A DNA stretch of 64,000 nt from Bacteroidota bacterium (GTDB lineage Bacteria > Bacteroidota > Bacteroidia > Bacteroidales > VadinHA17). Under the pieces are notes generated by a model. It searched no databases, had not been told where the DNA came from, and saw only the letters and a list, made by a program, of their open reading frames with translations. Both the position numbers and the translations under genes were made by a program. The stretch spans positions 6,402 to 70,401 of the forward strand of contig DSCJ01000115.1 of NCBI GenBank assembly GCA_011049175.1. The letters are read 5' to 3'. This document shows, one piece after another, positions 41,649 to 51,456 of the stretch. Within the stretch, counting starts at the first letter, position 1; each line of letters opens with the position of its first letter.

Positions 41649-41698
41649 ACGGCTGTAAAACATATAAAGTCCAGTCTGACGTATTCATTCAGATCATT

Positions 41699-41706
41699 TA
41701 TATTTG
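41699..41706 (+). promoter_or_regulatory. -7 promoter box for dpp7
   Basis: TATATTTG. Confidence 0.55.
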
Positions 41707-41755
41707 TATTTCTGCAGAGACATTACCATATTTCCAATCATAAAATGAACGCATC

Positions 41756-43909
41756 ATGAAAAAATTCTTTTTACTCCTTGCATGGTTTTCAGTCATGCTG
41801 GCCCCTTCCCTCCGGGCAGATGAGGGAATGTGGCTGCTTCCCCTTCTGGAAAAGCTGAACATGGCGAAAATGACCGAACTGGGGCTTGAACTGACAGCCG
41901 AAGATATTTACAGCATCAACCGCTCGAGCCTGAAAGACGCCATCGTGATTTTCGGGGGAGGATGCACCGGGGAGATCGTCTCCGATCAGGGACTTCTTTT
42001 CACCAACCATCATTGTGGAAGAAGCTCCATTCATTATCACAGTACCGTGGAGCATGATTACCTGAACGACGGGTTCTGGGCAGCCGGCATGGAAGAGGAA
42101 TTGCCCACTCCCGGGTTGTCCGTCACGTTTCTGATCAGGATGGAAAAAGTAACCGACCGGGTGCTCAAGAAGGTGAAAGACAAGATGAGCGAGGAAGAAA
42201 GGATGAAGAAGATAAGAGACAACATGGAGGAGATCCGGAAGGAAGCAACGGAAGGTACCCATTACCGGGCTTCGGTGAGTTCCTTCTTCGGCGGGAACGA
42301 ATATTACCTTCTGGTATACGAACGGTACACCGATGTGCGCCTGGTGGGAGCGCCTCCTGCCGCCATCGGCAATTTCGGCGCCGACACCGATAACTGGACC
42401 TGGCCCAGGCATACCGGCGATTTCAGCATTTTCAGGGTATATACAGGACCAGACGGGAAACCTGCCGATTACTCACCGGATAACATCCCCCTGAAGCCCA
42501 GGCATTACCTTCCTGTATCGCTGAAGGGTGTGGAAGAAGGCGATTTTGCCATGATCCTGGGATATCCCGGCAGTACCACGCGCTACATAACTTCCTACGG
42601 CATTGATGAAGTGCTTACCATTACCCACCCCAACCGGATCAAAATACGCGGACTGAGGCAGGAGCTCATGCTGGAAGATATGCTGGCCAGCAAAGAGATC
42701 ATGACCAAGTACCGGGCCAAATATTCCAGTTCCACCAACTACTGGAAGTATTCCATCGGGCAGAGCGAAGGCCTGAAGAGGCTGAAAGTAAAAGCCGGAA
42801 AAGAAGCCCTGGAAGACCGTTTTACCCGCTGGACAGAGGCCAGCAATAAGCGAAAGAAAAAGTACGGAGAGGCTCTGGAACTGATCCGCACCTCCATTGA
42901 GGGCAGAAAGGAATTCGCCCATGCCGGCCAGTACCTCAGCGAATGCTTCATGCGTGGCTCGGAAATACTGGGCATGGCCAGATCGGCCTTCAGGCTGTAT
43001 GAGGTACTGGGCGGGGAAGAAACCGACCAGGAAACCCTCGACAGGGAAATTTCCAGCCTGGCCTCTTCGGCCAATGACTTTTACCGCAATTACAATTCCC
43101 CCACCGATCAGAAGATCACGGCGGCCATGATGGAACTGTATGCCGAAGACGTGCCTGAAAAATATCATCCGGAAGCCCTGAAAACCATTACCGCCGAATA
43201 CCGGGGTGATTACCAGCGGTTTGTACAGGACCTTTTCAGCCGCTCGGTATTCGCCGGCGAACAGGTTTTCAGCCTTTTCCTGGAGAACCCCGACCGCAAG
43301 GTGCTGGAACAGGATCCCGCCTTCACGCTGGCCCGTTCTGTTCTGGAAACCGCCATGAAACTGAACGAACAGGCAGCCGCCTTCGACCACAATCTGGAGA
43401 AAGGACGCAGGCTGTATATTGCCGGGCTGATGGAAATGGATCCCTCGCTGGTGCCATATCCCGATGCAAATTTCAGTATGCGCCTTACCTATGGAACCGT
43501 TCAGGGATACATTCCCCGCGATGCGGTGTACTATGAGCATTATACCACCCTGAAGGGAGTAATGGAGAAGGAAGATCCCGACAACTGGGAATTTGTGGTA
43601 CCCGAAAAGCTGAAAGAGCTATACCGGAAAAAAGATTTCGGCCGTTACGGCAAAGACGGGATCATGCCGGTGGGCTTCATCACCAACAACGACATTACCG
43701 GTGGAAATTCGGGGAGCCCTGTTCTGAATGCCCGCGGCGAACTGATCGGCCTGGCTTTTGACGGGAACTGGGAAGCCATGAGCGGAGATATTGCCTTTGA
43801 ACCCGACCTGCAGCGGTGTATATCGGTCGATATCAGGTATGTACTGTTCCTGATCGACAAATTTGCCGGCGCAAAACACCTGATCGAAGAACTCAGCCTG
43901 CGCGAATGA
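41756..43909 (+). CDS. dpp7: S46 dipeptidyl peptidase, DPP7-type
   Basis: ADEGMW, TNHHC, WPRHTGDF and GGNSGSP. FDGNWE has Gly (DPP7-type) rather than the Arg of DPP11. Confidence 0.88.
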   Translation: MKKFFLLLAWFSVMLAPSLRADEGMWLLPLLEKLNMAKMTELGLELTAEDIYSINRSSLKDAIVIFGGGCTGEIVSDQGLLFTNHHCGRSSIHYHSTVEHDYLNDGFWAAGMEEELPTPGLSVTFLIRMEKVTDRVLKKVKDKMSEEERMKKIRDNMEEIRKEATEGTHYRASVSSFFGGNEYYLLVYERYTDVRLVGAPPAAIGNFGADTDNWTWPRHTGDFSIFRVYTGPDGKPADYSPDNIPLKPRHYLPVSLKGVEEGDFAMILGYPGSTTRYITSYGIDEVLTITHPNRIKIRGLRQELMLEDMLASKEIMTKYRAKYSSSTNYWKYSIGQSEGLKRLKVKAGKEALEDRFTRWTEASNKRKKKYGEALELIRTSIEGRKEFAHAGQYLSECFMRGSEILGMARSAFRLYEVLGGEETDQETLDREISSLASSANDFYRNYNSPTDQKITAAMMELYAEDVPEKYHPEALKTITAEYRGDYQRFVQDLFSRSVFAGEQVFSLFLENPDRKVLEQDPAFTLARSVLETAMKLNEQAAAFDHNLEKGRRLYIAGLMEMDPSLVPYPDANFSMRLTYGTVQGYIPRDAVYYEHYTTLKGVMEKEDPDNWEFVVPEKLKELYRKKDFGRYGKDGIMPVGFITNNDITGGNSGSPVLNARGELIGLAFDGNWEAMSGDIAFEPDLQRCISVDIRYVLFLIDKFAGAKHLIEELSLRE

Positions 43910-43981
43910 TCTTTTCAGGCCGGCCCACCCGCTAACGTAAACCTTCACTCACAGCTTACTAACCGGGCCGGCCGCATACAG

Positions 43982-44010
43982 AGCCCCGCCTGAACCGGCG
44001 GGGCTTTTTT
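43982..44010 (+). terminator. Intrinsic terminator after dpp7
   Basis: AGCCCCGCC-loop-GGCGGGGCT followed by TTTTT. Confidence 0.8.
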
Positions 44011-44027
44011 ATGGCTGAAAAAGTATC

Positions 44028-44035
44028 TACCTTTG
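44028..44035 (+). promoter_or_regulatory. -7 promoter box for marC-rnhA
   Basis: TACCTTTG. Confidence 0.6.
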
Positions 44036-44050
44036 CTGCAAAACCGGGTT

Positions 44051-44635
44051 ATGGAACTGGACTATCTGGAAATCGTTGCCGCCTTTATGGTTCTGTTTGC
44101 CGTGATCGATATCACGGGATCCATCCCCATTATCCTGGATATCAAAAGCAGGGGAAGCATCATTCAGCCCATAAAAGCCACCCTGGTGGCTTTTGCCATC
44201 ATGCTGGCTTTTCTCTTCGGGGGCAAGCCCCTGCTGGGCCTTTTCGGGGTGGATATTTCCTCATTTGCCATCGCCGGCTCGTTCGTGCTTTTGTTCCTGG
44301 CCCTGGAAATGGTTCTGGGCATCGAGTTTTTCAAAACCGAAACAACTTCCGAAGGCTCCATTGTTCCCATTGCTTTCCCCCTGGTGGCGGGAGCGGGATC
44401 CATCACCACCCTGCTTTCCATCAAGGCCGAATACGCCACTGTGAATATCATCGTTGCCCTGGCCCTGAATATGCTCATTGTTTACCTGGTACTGAGGTCC
44501 ACCCGCCTATTCGAAAGGCTGCTGGGCCCCACCGGCATTCATGTCCTGAGAAAAGCATTCGGGGTTATCCTTCTGGCCATCGCCATCAAATTATTCATCT
44601 CCAATACCGGTATCCAGCTTGGCACAACCCCCTGA
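44051..44635 (+). CDS. MarC family membrane protein
   Basis: FGVDISSFAIAG, IVPIAFPLVAGAG and G..VLRK.FG.ILLAIA. Confidence 0.88.
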   Translation: MELDYLEIVAAFMVLFAVIDITGSIPIILDIKSRGSIIQPIKATLVAFAIMLAFLFGGKPLLGLFGVDISSFAIAGSFVLLFLALEMVLGIEFFKTETTSEGSIVPIAFPLVAGAGSITTLLSIKAEYATVNIIVALALNMLIVYLVLRSTRLFERLLGPTGIHVLRKAFGVILLAIAIKLFISNTGIQLGTTP

Positions 44636-45101
44636 CATCATCATCTACACCGACGGAGCGGCCAGCGGCAACCCGGGACCGGGTGGCTACGGCATTGTTC
44701 TGAAAGCAGGCAGGCACCGGAAAGAACTGTCGGGGGGATATTCCCACACCACCAACAACCGGATGGAACTGCTGGCGGTGATTAAAGCCCTGGAAGCCCT
44801 GAAAAAACCCGGAAGCCGGGTAACGATTTACACCGATTCACGGTATGTGGCCGATGCCGTTGAAAAAGGCTGGGTTTTCGAGTGGGAAAGGAAAGGGTTC
44901 AAAAAGAAGAAAAACCCCGACTTATGGAAACGGTTCCTGGAAGTATACCGGAATCACCGGGTGGAATTCGTCTGGATCAGGGGACATGCCGATATTCCCG
45001 AAAACGAACGGTGCGACCGTCTGGCCGTGGAAGCTTCCCGACGAAACGATCTGGAACCCGACCCTGGCTACCGCGCAGAAGAAGACCAGGGACTGTTTTG
45101 A
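44619..45101 (+). CDS. rnhA: Ribonuclease HI
   Basis: YTDGAASGNPGPGG, TTNNRMEL, TDSRY, KNPDLW and GHA..ENERCD. Confidence 0.96.
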   Translation: MAQPPDIIIYTDGAASGNPGPGGYGIVLKAGRHRKELSGGYSHTTNNRMELLAVIKALEALKKPGSRVTIYTDSRYVADAVEKGWVFEWERKGFKKKKNPDLWKRFLEVYRNHRVEFVWIRGHADIPENERCDRLAVEASRRNDLEPDPGYRAEEDQGLF

Positions 45102-45124
45102 GCCGGAAGCAGAATCCAGGTGAT

Positions 45125-45162
45125 AAAAAAAAGAGGCTACCACACAAACAGCCCCTTTTTTT
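45125..45162. terminator. Bidirectional terminator between convergent genes
   Basis: A-run, GAGGCT...AGCCCC, T-run. Confidence 0.6.
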
Positions 45163-45175
45163 GCTTTACCGGTTG

Positions 45176-45679
45176 CTAATATTTCTGTACACGCACCGTG
45201 CGAACATATTTCCTGTCGGTGCTGGATACGGTCATCAAATACAATCCCTGGGCATACCCCGAAAAATCCACTTCGATCTCCTGACCCGGAGCCACATGCT
45301 TCAGTATTTCCACACGTAGTTTTTTGCCGGTAAGGTCGGTAATCTCGATATTATAATCCATGGTTCTGTCCGTGCTGAACCTCAGCCTCAGCTGCCCGTC
45401 TACCGGGTTGGGATAAGGAATGACAGACCAGTTGAAGGAAATATCCTCCACCGCATTGCCGATATCCAGTTCCCAGGGTTGCTGAAAGCCCTGGGTTAGT
45501 ATAAAATCCCCCCCTGTGAGGGTGGAAATGGCCACCTCGCCCAGGGTCCATGAAATGGTGTAATTCCCTCCGGAGGCATACCCTCCGGCAGAAGCGATCA
45601 CCGTGGGACTGAGGCTCTGTGCCTGCACAGCCCCGGTTCCCATGACCGTGATAATAAAGAATCGTAACAGGGTTTTCAT
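45176..45679 (-). CDS. Small T9SS cargo protein (type A C-terminal sorting domain)
   Basis: Signal peptide (AVQA), short TQGFQQP-containing segment, then CTD YPNPV...DLTGK...GLYLM...VQKY. Confidence 0.85.
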   Translation of the reverse strand: MKTLLRFFIITVMGTGAVQAQSLSPTVIASAGGYASGGNYTISWTLGEVAISTLTGGDFILTQGFQQPWELDIGNAVEDISFNWSVIPYPNPVDGQLRLRFSTDRTMDYNIEITDLTGKKLRVEILKHVAPGQEIEVDFSGYAQGLYLMTVSSTDRKYVRTVRVQKY

Positions 45680-45919
45680 GTGAAATAGCGTTTAACCATT
45701 CTTCAGGTTGCCTCCAACATCTTTCATAACATGATGATGAATTACAAGGCAGGAAGTTACAAAAACATTTTTTGAATTTCCAGTTTTTGGCAGAAAATCC
45801 CGTGATCCGGCCCGTTCAGATGGAATATTTCGATCCCGAAATGTATTCGTATCCTTTCCTTCAGTTAAGTGAACAGGCTTGCTGTTGCCGGATACATAAC
45901 AGGGAACATTCGCGAACAC

Positions 45920-46036
45920 TGTCCGTTTACGAACAGGCCGTTGCCAGAACCGGACACTTCCCCGGCACCTTACCTGTATAAAAGTTATATACTTTATTGA
46001 TTAATATAAGGTTATTCAGGATGGTATAAAAATTGA
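45920..46036 (+). promoter_or_regulatory. Sigma54-type promoter with upstream enhancer-like sites
   Basis: TGGTAT-AAAAA-TTGA at 46022-46036 with canonical -24/-12 spacing; imperfect palindrome TGTCCGTTTACGAACA at 45920-45935. Confidence 0.6.
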
Positions 46037-46076
46037 GGAATCAATGCCGGTTTTTTTCATCTCAAATTCTCAGATT

Positions 46077-48497
46077 ATGAGCATACTTAGAAATTACTGG
46101 ACCACATCCGTAAGAAATCTACTCAGGTACAAAGGCTATGCGTTCATTAATATTGCCGGGCTGGGTATCGGGATTGCCACGGCTGTTCTTATTTTCCTGT
46201 ACGTTCAGGACGAGCTGAGCTACGACCGGCATAACCGGAATTTCGACCGCATTTACCGGATCATTCTGAAAGGAAAGATACAGAGCAACGAAATAAACGG
46301 AGCCATCAGCAATGCTCCTGTCGGGCCGGCCATGGTACGGGAGCTTCCCGGCGTGGAAAACTATACCCGTTTGTTTACCTTTGCCGGTGAGCCGGTGGTA
46401 CGTTACGGCGAACATTCCATTGTGGAAAGGAAGTTCTATTATGCCGATTCCACCTTCTTTGACGTGTTCACTGCCCCTGTGGTGAAAGGCAACCGGAATG
46501 AGTTTTTAAAACGGCCGCAAACACTGGTGCTTACTGAAGAAACGGCAGAAAAATATTTCGGGGAGGAAGATCCGGTAGGGAAAATACTGGAAGTGGGCGA
46601 AGACAGGACGGCTTTCGAAGTGGTTGGCGTGGTAAAGGGCTTCCCGAAAAACAGCCATTTCACCTTTGATATGCTGGGGGCAGGATCTACCATTTTCAGC
46701 AACCAGAACGAATTTTGGATCTCAAACAATAACTATACTTATGTCACGCTTCGTGAAGAGGCTTCTGCCGGAGAGGTACAGGAGCAACTGAACAAGCTGG
46801 TGAGGAAGTATGTAGGGCCCCAGATGGAACAATTCATCGGGGTTACCCTGGAAGAAATGGAAGAAGCGGGCCAGTATTACGGGTATTTCCTTCAGCCCCT
46901 GAAAGATATCCACCTCCGATCGGACCTCCAGTTCGAGATCGAGCCGGGAGGAAGTATGGCCACCGTGATCATTTTCAGTCTTATTGCCGTATTCATAATC
47001 GTCATCGCCTCCATCAACTTCATGAACCTGGCCACCGCCCGTTCTTCCATCAGAGCTCATGAGGTAGGCATCCGCAAAGTGGTGGGATCGGCCCGCTACC
47101 AACTGATCGGTCAGTTCATATCCGAATCGGTCATCATGAGCCTGTTCTCGCTTTTGCTGGCCATTGTGCTGATAATACTCTTCATGCCTGCATTCAACCA
47201 GTTCACCGGAAAATCGCTTGATTTCGAATTGCTGAAAAATCCCATGCTGCTGCCGGTGCTTCTGGTAGTATGGCTGGTGGTGGGATTTCTGTCAGGAACC
47301 TACCCTGCCTTTTTCCTGGCATCGTTCCAGCCCGTGAAGGTGCTGAAGGGAAAATTCAAGGCCGGCATGAAAAGCGGTATTATGAGAAGCATCCTGGTGG
47401 TGTTCCAGTTCACCATCACCATTGTGCTTTTCATCAGCACATTCATCGTTTTCAGGCAAATGAACTATATCAGCCGGAAAGATCTGGGATTCAACAAAGA
47501 GAACCTGCTCCTGATCCAACGCACCTACATACTGGGCGAAAGCGCCGAGGCCTTCCGGCAGGAGGTCAACAAAATCCCCGGGGTAACCGGTTCGTCGTAT
47601 TCGAACACCTTTCCGGGAGAAATTTTCGGAAACACGGCTTTTGTCCCCGAGGGATCCGCCGCCAGCCAGACCCATGCCCTGAATTTCATGATAACCGACG
47701 AATACTTTGACGATGTGTACGAACTGGAAATGGTGGAAGGGCGCTGGTTCTCCCCCGAAATGCCGTCGGACTCGAACGCGCTGGTGATCAATGAAGCGGC
47801 TGCCCGTGCCCTGGGCTTTGAAGACCCCCTGCAACACCGGATGATCCTGCTGGGTGAGAACAACCTTCCGCTCCAGATCGTGGGAGTGGTGAAAGATTTC
47901 CATTATGAAACCCTTCATCAAACGATCAAACCGCTGGTGATCGGACGCATGTACGATGCAAGGACCAACCTCAACATCCGGATCCGTCCCGAAAACCGGC
48001 AGGCTATCCTGGAAGCCATCCAGGCTGAATGGCAAAACATGGCATCAAACCAGCCCCTCAGTTACACCTTCCTGGACGATTCCCTGGCCGGAAAATATGA
48101 TTCCGAACGCAGCACCGGTATGATATTCGGATCCTTTTCACTTCTGGCCATTATCATTGCCTCGATGGGACTGCTGGGGCTTGCTTCATTCTCGGCCGAC
48201 CAGCGCACACGCGAAATAGGGATCAGGAAAGTCATGGGGGCTTCCGTGCAGCGTATCATGGGCATTCTTTCAAAAGAGATCCTCTGGCTGGTGCTCATTG
48301 CCACGGTTATTGCCTGGCCCCTGGCCTGGTATTTTATGAAAGACTGGCTGCAGAACTTTGCCTTCCGCATTGATCTGGAAATATGGGTTTTTGTTGGCGC
48401 CACCCTGCTGGCCTTCCTGATTGCCCTGCTGACGGTAAGCGCAAAAACCTGGAAGGCAGCACAGACAAATCCGGCCGAAGCGCTGCGGTATGAATAG
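46077..48497 (+). CDS. ABC transporter permease (duplicated MacB/FtsX-like)
   Basis: INIAGL, LQPLKDIHL, INFMNL..R..EVGIRKV.G, EIGIRKVMGAS and NPAEALRYE. No ATPase gene nearby. Confidence 0.9.
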   Translation: MSILRNYWTTSVRNLLRYKGYAFINIAGLGIGIATAVLIFLYVQDELSYDRHNRNFDRIYRIILKGKIQSNEINGAISNAPVGPAMVRELPGVENYTRLFTFAGEPVVRYGEHSIVERKFYYADSTFFDVFTAPVVKGNRNEFLKRPQTLVLTEETAEKYFGEEDPVGKILEVGEDRTAFEVVGVVKGFPKNSHFTFDMLGAGSTIFSNQNEFWISNNNYTYVTLREEASAGEVQEQLNKLVRKYVGPQMEQFIGVTLEEMEEAGQYYGYFLQPLKDIHLRSDLQFEIEPGGSMATVIIFSLIAVFIIVIASINFMNLATARSSIRAHEVGIRKVVGSARYQLIGQFISESVIMSLFSLLLAIVLIILFMPAFNQFTGKSLDFELLKNPMLLPVLLVVWLVVGFLSGTYPAFFLASFQPVKVLKGKFKAGMKSGIMRSILVVFQFTITIVLFISTFIVFRQMNYISRKDLGFNKENLLLIQRTYILGESAEAFRQEVNKIPGVTGSSYSNTFPGEIFGNTAFVPEGSAASQTHALNFMITDEYFDDVYELEMVEGRWFSPEMPSDSNALVINEAAARALGFEDPLQHRMILLGENNLPLQIVGVVKDFHYETLHQTIKPLVIGRMYDARTNLNIRIRPENRQAILEAIQAEWQNMASNQPLSYTFLDDSLAGKYDSERSTGMIFGSFSLLAIIIASMGLLGLASFSADQRTREIGIRKVMGASVQRIMGILSKEILWLVLIATVIAWPLAWYFMKDWLQNFAFRIDLEIWVFVGATLLAFLIALLTVSAKTWKAAQTNPAEALRYE

Positions 48498-48573
48498 GGA
48501 AAAGAAATATCACCTGAAATCATAACCCGGGAGGTATTTCTCCGTATAAAACATAAACTACTGGAAGAAAATA

Positions 48574-48978
48574 ATGGAGGCACTGATCATTGATCCTACC
48601 CGGACCACCCCGTTGATCCATCTGGACCCGGATAACGGCCGGCTGGAATTGTCGGGGATTTCGCGGCCCGAAGACGTCAGGACATTCTATTACCCCGTGC
48701 TGGAATGGATCAGCCGGTTCGCCGACGAGCTGGAAACATCGGCATCGCTGTATACGTCAGATAACCCGCTGACCCTCAACCTGCGATTCACCTATTTCAA
48801 TTCCTCCTCCGCCAAATTCCTGTTCGACATCCTTTCCTCATTCAATGAGATCCATCTTTCGGGAATTCCCGTACGGGTAAACTGGATGTACAACGAGGAG
48901 GATGAAGATGTGTACGAAGCGGGTAAGGAGCTGAGCGAAATGCTGGAAATGCCCTTCGAATACATGGCAGTACCCTGA
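48574..48978 (+). CDS. SiaC family (DUF1987) protein
   Basis: TP.I, G.SRPED..FY.P, YFNSSSAK and W.Y..EDED..E.G. Confidence 0.8.
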   Translation: MEALIIDPTRTTPLIHLDPDNGRLELSGISRPEDVRTFYYPVLEWISRFADELETSASLYTSDNPLTLNLRFTYFNSSSAKFLFDILSSFNEIHLSGIPVRVNWMYNEEDEDVYEAGKELSEMLEMPFEYMAVP

Positions 48979-49009
48979 AAAAAAACCCGGCAGCCAGCCG
49001 GGTTTTTTT
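48978..49009. terminator. Bidirectional terminator
   Basis: A-run, CCCGGC-loop-GCCGGG, T-run, between convergent genes. Confidence 0.8.
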
Positions 49010-49026
49010 AACGATTATTCCCGTTT

Positions 49027-50586
49027 TCAGAAACTGAAATCAAGTCCCACCCCGATAAAGAGCGCATCTTTATAGTAGGTCTTGGTATAATCTCCCAGCA
49101 CGTCATGTGTATAATCCAGGGTCTGGGTTTCGTACATGGCATACCCGGCTCCCAGATTCAGGGATATCTGGTTATTGAGTGAATAAACTATCCCTCCGCC
49201 CAGGGTATTGGAAGTGAGGCTGTAGGTCAGGTCGCTCTGGTATTTCTCGTTCACCCCCGTCTGTGCGCGAAGGAAACCCGCGCTGGCGCCGAACTTGTCG
49301 GAAAACATGTACTCTACTCCCAGGCCGGCTTCCCAGTAATTTTTGTCGATGATCTCATCATTGGCCACGGGAACGCCTCCGTAGGTTCTTCCGTAATCGG
49401 CTGCCTTGTCGAAGTAATAATGCAATCCTCCGGAAACAGTCAGCCCGCCCACAGGACGGAAGTTGGCCCCCACCGACAGCATGGCCGGCATGTCGCTGGC
49501 AATTTCCTCTCCATCGGGGAACATCCCGGTTCCGTCAACGGTGGTTTCATTGGTCAGGGTCATACTGGTTTTGAACTCATACTTGATGGCCAGGTCGAAC
49601 ATTTCAGAAGGCCGGAAATGGATCCCCAGGATAGGGGCAATACCGCTGCCGGTTTGTTTGGCATCCACTTCCTGATCGGCAGTGGCGGCGGTCACGGCAG
49701 CCGCCTGGGCCGAGGTCTGGTCGCCGGCCGTATCGAATCCTCCCTGCAACACGGTAATGGTAGCAGTGGAAGGATCCAGGCCGATGGAGGTGGCACCGGC
49801 TTCAAGCTGTGCACGGGTATCTGAATCAATGATACCGTACCCTTCGGCTTCTTCCAGGGTTAGACCGCCATATCCTCCGTCGATTATGGGCTGCAGACTC
49901 TCTGCTGTGGCATACAAGGTGTTGGCAGTATTGGTCAGCAGGGTACCGGGAGCAATGGCCTCGCCTCCGGCAATAACGGCAATATCCCTGAGGTATCCGT
50001 TGTATGTATTGTTGGCAAACACATAACGTGCCCCGGCATACACCGATATCATGTCGCTGATGGAATAAGTTACCCCCAGCTGTGCCCCGAAGAAAACCGA
50101 AGTACCTTCAAAGAACACATCGTAGGAATAATCGGTTACTCCCAATCCCGACATCAGGGGGACCAGTTCGGAGATTGGCATGGCGAACATGGGCACACCG
50201 TCTTCGTAAGCGGCCCCGCCACCTCCACCCACAGGATTGAACCCGAGTGAGAAAACAAGCTTGTCCATTTTATACGCCGCGTAAATACCCGGAAACAGGG
50301 GAGCCGAAACCGCCCCGTGGTATTTGTCCTGGTTGAGCAGTGTGAAACTGCTGGTCACATCCTTATTCTGTGTGATAAACTGGTTGTTCAGCGAAAGGTG
50401 AAAACCGTTGGACAGGTATCCCAGTCCGGCCGGGTTGTAATACACGGCATCGATGCCGAGAGACGCATCCCTGACCAGGAGCCGAACCCAGGCCGCACTC
50501 TGGTTGGTGTTCGTTACCAGTCCCCCCGAGTAGGAAGAGGCAGACAGGAACACCGCCAAAACGAAGATAAGGGTAAGTTTTCGCAT
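49027..50586 (-). CDS. FadL/OmpP1-family outer-membrane transporter
   Basis: Signal peptide, TNTNQS, AVYYNPAG, amphipathic strands and C-terminal Phe. Confidence 0.82.
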   Translation of the reverse strand: MRKLTLIFVLAVFLSASSYSGGLVTNTNQSAAWVRLLVRDASLGIDAVYYNPAGLGYLSNGFHLSLNNQFITQNKDVTSSFTLLNQDKYHGAVSAPLFPGIYAAYKMDKLVFSLGFNPVGGGGGAAYEDGVPMFAMPISELVPLMSGLGVTDYSYDVFFEGTSVFFGAQLGVTYSISDMISVYAGARYVFANNTYNGYLRDIAVIAGGEAIAPGTLLTNTANTLYATAESLQPIIDGGYGGLTLEEAEGYGIIDSDTRAQLEAGATSIGLDPSTATITVLQGGFDTAGDQTSAQAAAVTAATADQEVDAKQTGSGIAPILGIHFRPSEMFDLAIKYEFKTSMTLTNETTVDGTGMFPDGEEIASDMPAMLSVGANFRPVGGLTVSGGLHYYFDKAADYGRTYGGVPVANDEIIDKNYWEAGLGVEYMFSDKFGASAGFLRAQTGVNEKYQSDLTYSLTSNTLGGGIVYSLNNQISLNLGAGYAMYETQTLDYTHDVLGDYTKTYYKDALFIGVGLDFSF

Positions 50587-50778
50587 GGTTACAATGATTT
50601 GGTTTAACAGGCCGAATATAGGAAAAAATCGGTTCCAATATACCCTGTTGGGGAAAAGAGTCTAAAAAGTACCCGGTTAATAAATTTGAATTTCAATGTT
50701 TTCTGCGTTTTACCAACCCATACGGGGGCAGTATTCCAGAACGGATTTGTTATTTTTGCCTGAAAACGGAAAAAAACC

Positions 50779-51291
50779 ATGCGCGGACAGCCCGAACTTT
50801 ACAGGATACTGGAAGAGCTGAACATCTCCTTCGATTACCATGAGCATCCGCCGGTTCCCACGGTGGAGGAAGCCTCGAAGTACTGGAAGGGGATCAATTC
50901 GGCCCACTGCAAGAACATTTTTTTCCGCAACCATAAAGGAAACCGGCACTACCTGGTGATCATCGATTACCGTCAGGTGCTCGATATCCACGACCTGGAG
51001 AAACGGCTCAGGCAGGGGAAGCTGTCATTCGCCTCGGAAAGGCGGCTGAAGAAATACCTGGGACTCACCCCGGGGTCGGTAACGCCTTTCGGCCTGATCA
51101 ACGACCGGGAGAACCACGTGCATGTGTTTCTTGACGGGAACCTGCGGCATGCGGAGCGTATTTCCTTCCATCCCTGCATCAACACGGCGAGCCTGGTGCT
51201 TCCCATGAATGATTTCATCCGTTTCCTCGACCATACGGGCAACACCTGGGAGTTCACCCGGCTGTATGACAACGGGGAGGATGAAGCATAA
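50779..51291 (+). CDS. Prolyl-tRNA editing protein (PrdX/ProXp-ala, YbaK superfamily)
   Basis: HPPVPT, HCKNIFF, LSFASE, GSVTPFGL and FHP..NT.S. TATTTTTG box at 50751. Confidence 0.85.
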   Translation: MRGQPELYRILEELNISFDYHEHPPVPTVEEASKYWKGINSAHCKNIFFRNHKGNRHYLVIIDYRQVLDIHDLEKRLRQGKLSFASERRLKKYLGLTPGSVTPFGLINDRENHVHVFLDGNLRHAERISFHPCINTASLVLPMNDFIRFLDHTGNTWEFTRLYDNGEDEA

Positions 51292-51412
51292 TCCCGCGGG
51301 CGGGGAATCATTATACCGCACCCCTCCCCCGGGCTTTGCTTCATTTATGTTGTTGGTTTTTCACTATTTTTACACAAATAACAGGCTCTTTTACTTGCCA
51401 TACGATATATAT

Positions 51413-51456
51413 CTACGTAGACAACTACGTAGTTTTCTACGTAGTTTTCTACGTAG
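51413..51456. repeat. Four CTACGTAG palindromes at exact 12-bp period
   Basis: Copies at 51413, 51425, 51437 and 51449; spacers ACAA, TTTT, TTTT. Confidence 0.95.

Noticed and set aside
41079-45101. rnhB and rnhA within 4 kb as a joint system
   Set aside because: They are in separate transcription units divided by a promoter and a terminator; no RT or other partner is present.
51413-51456. CRISPR array
   Set aside because: The repeats are 8 bp with 4-bp spacers, and there are no cas genes.
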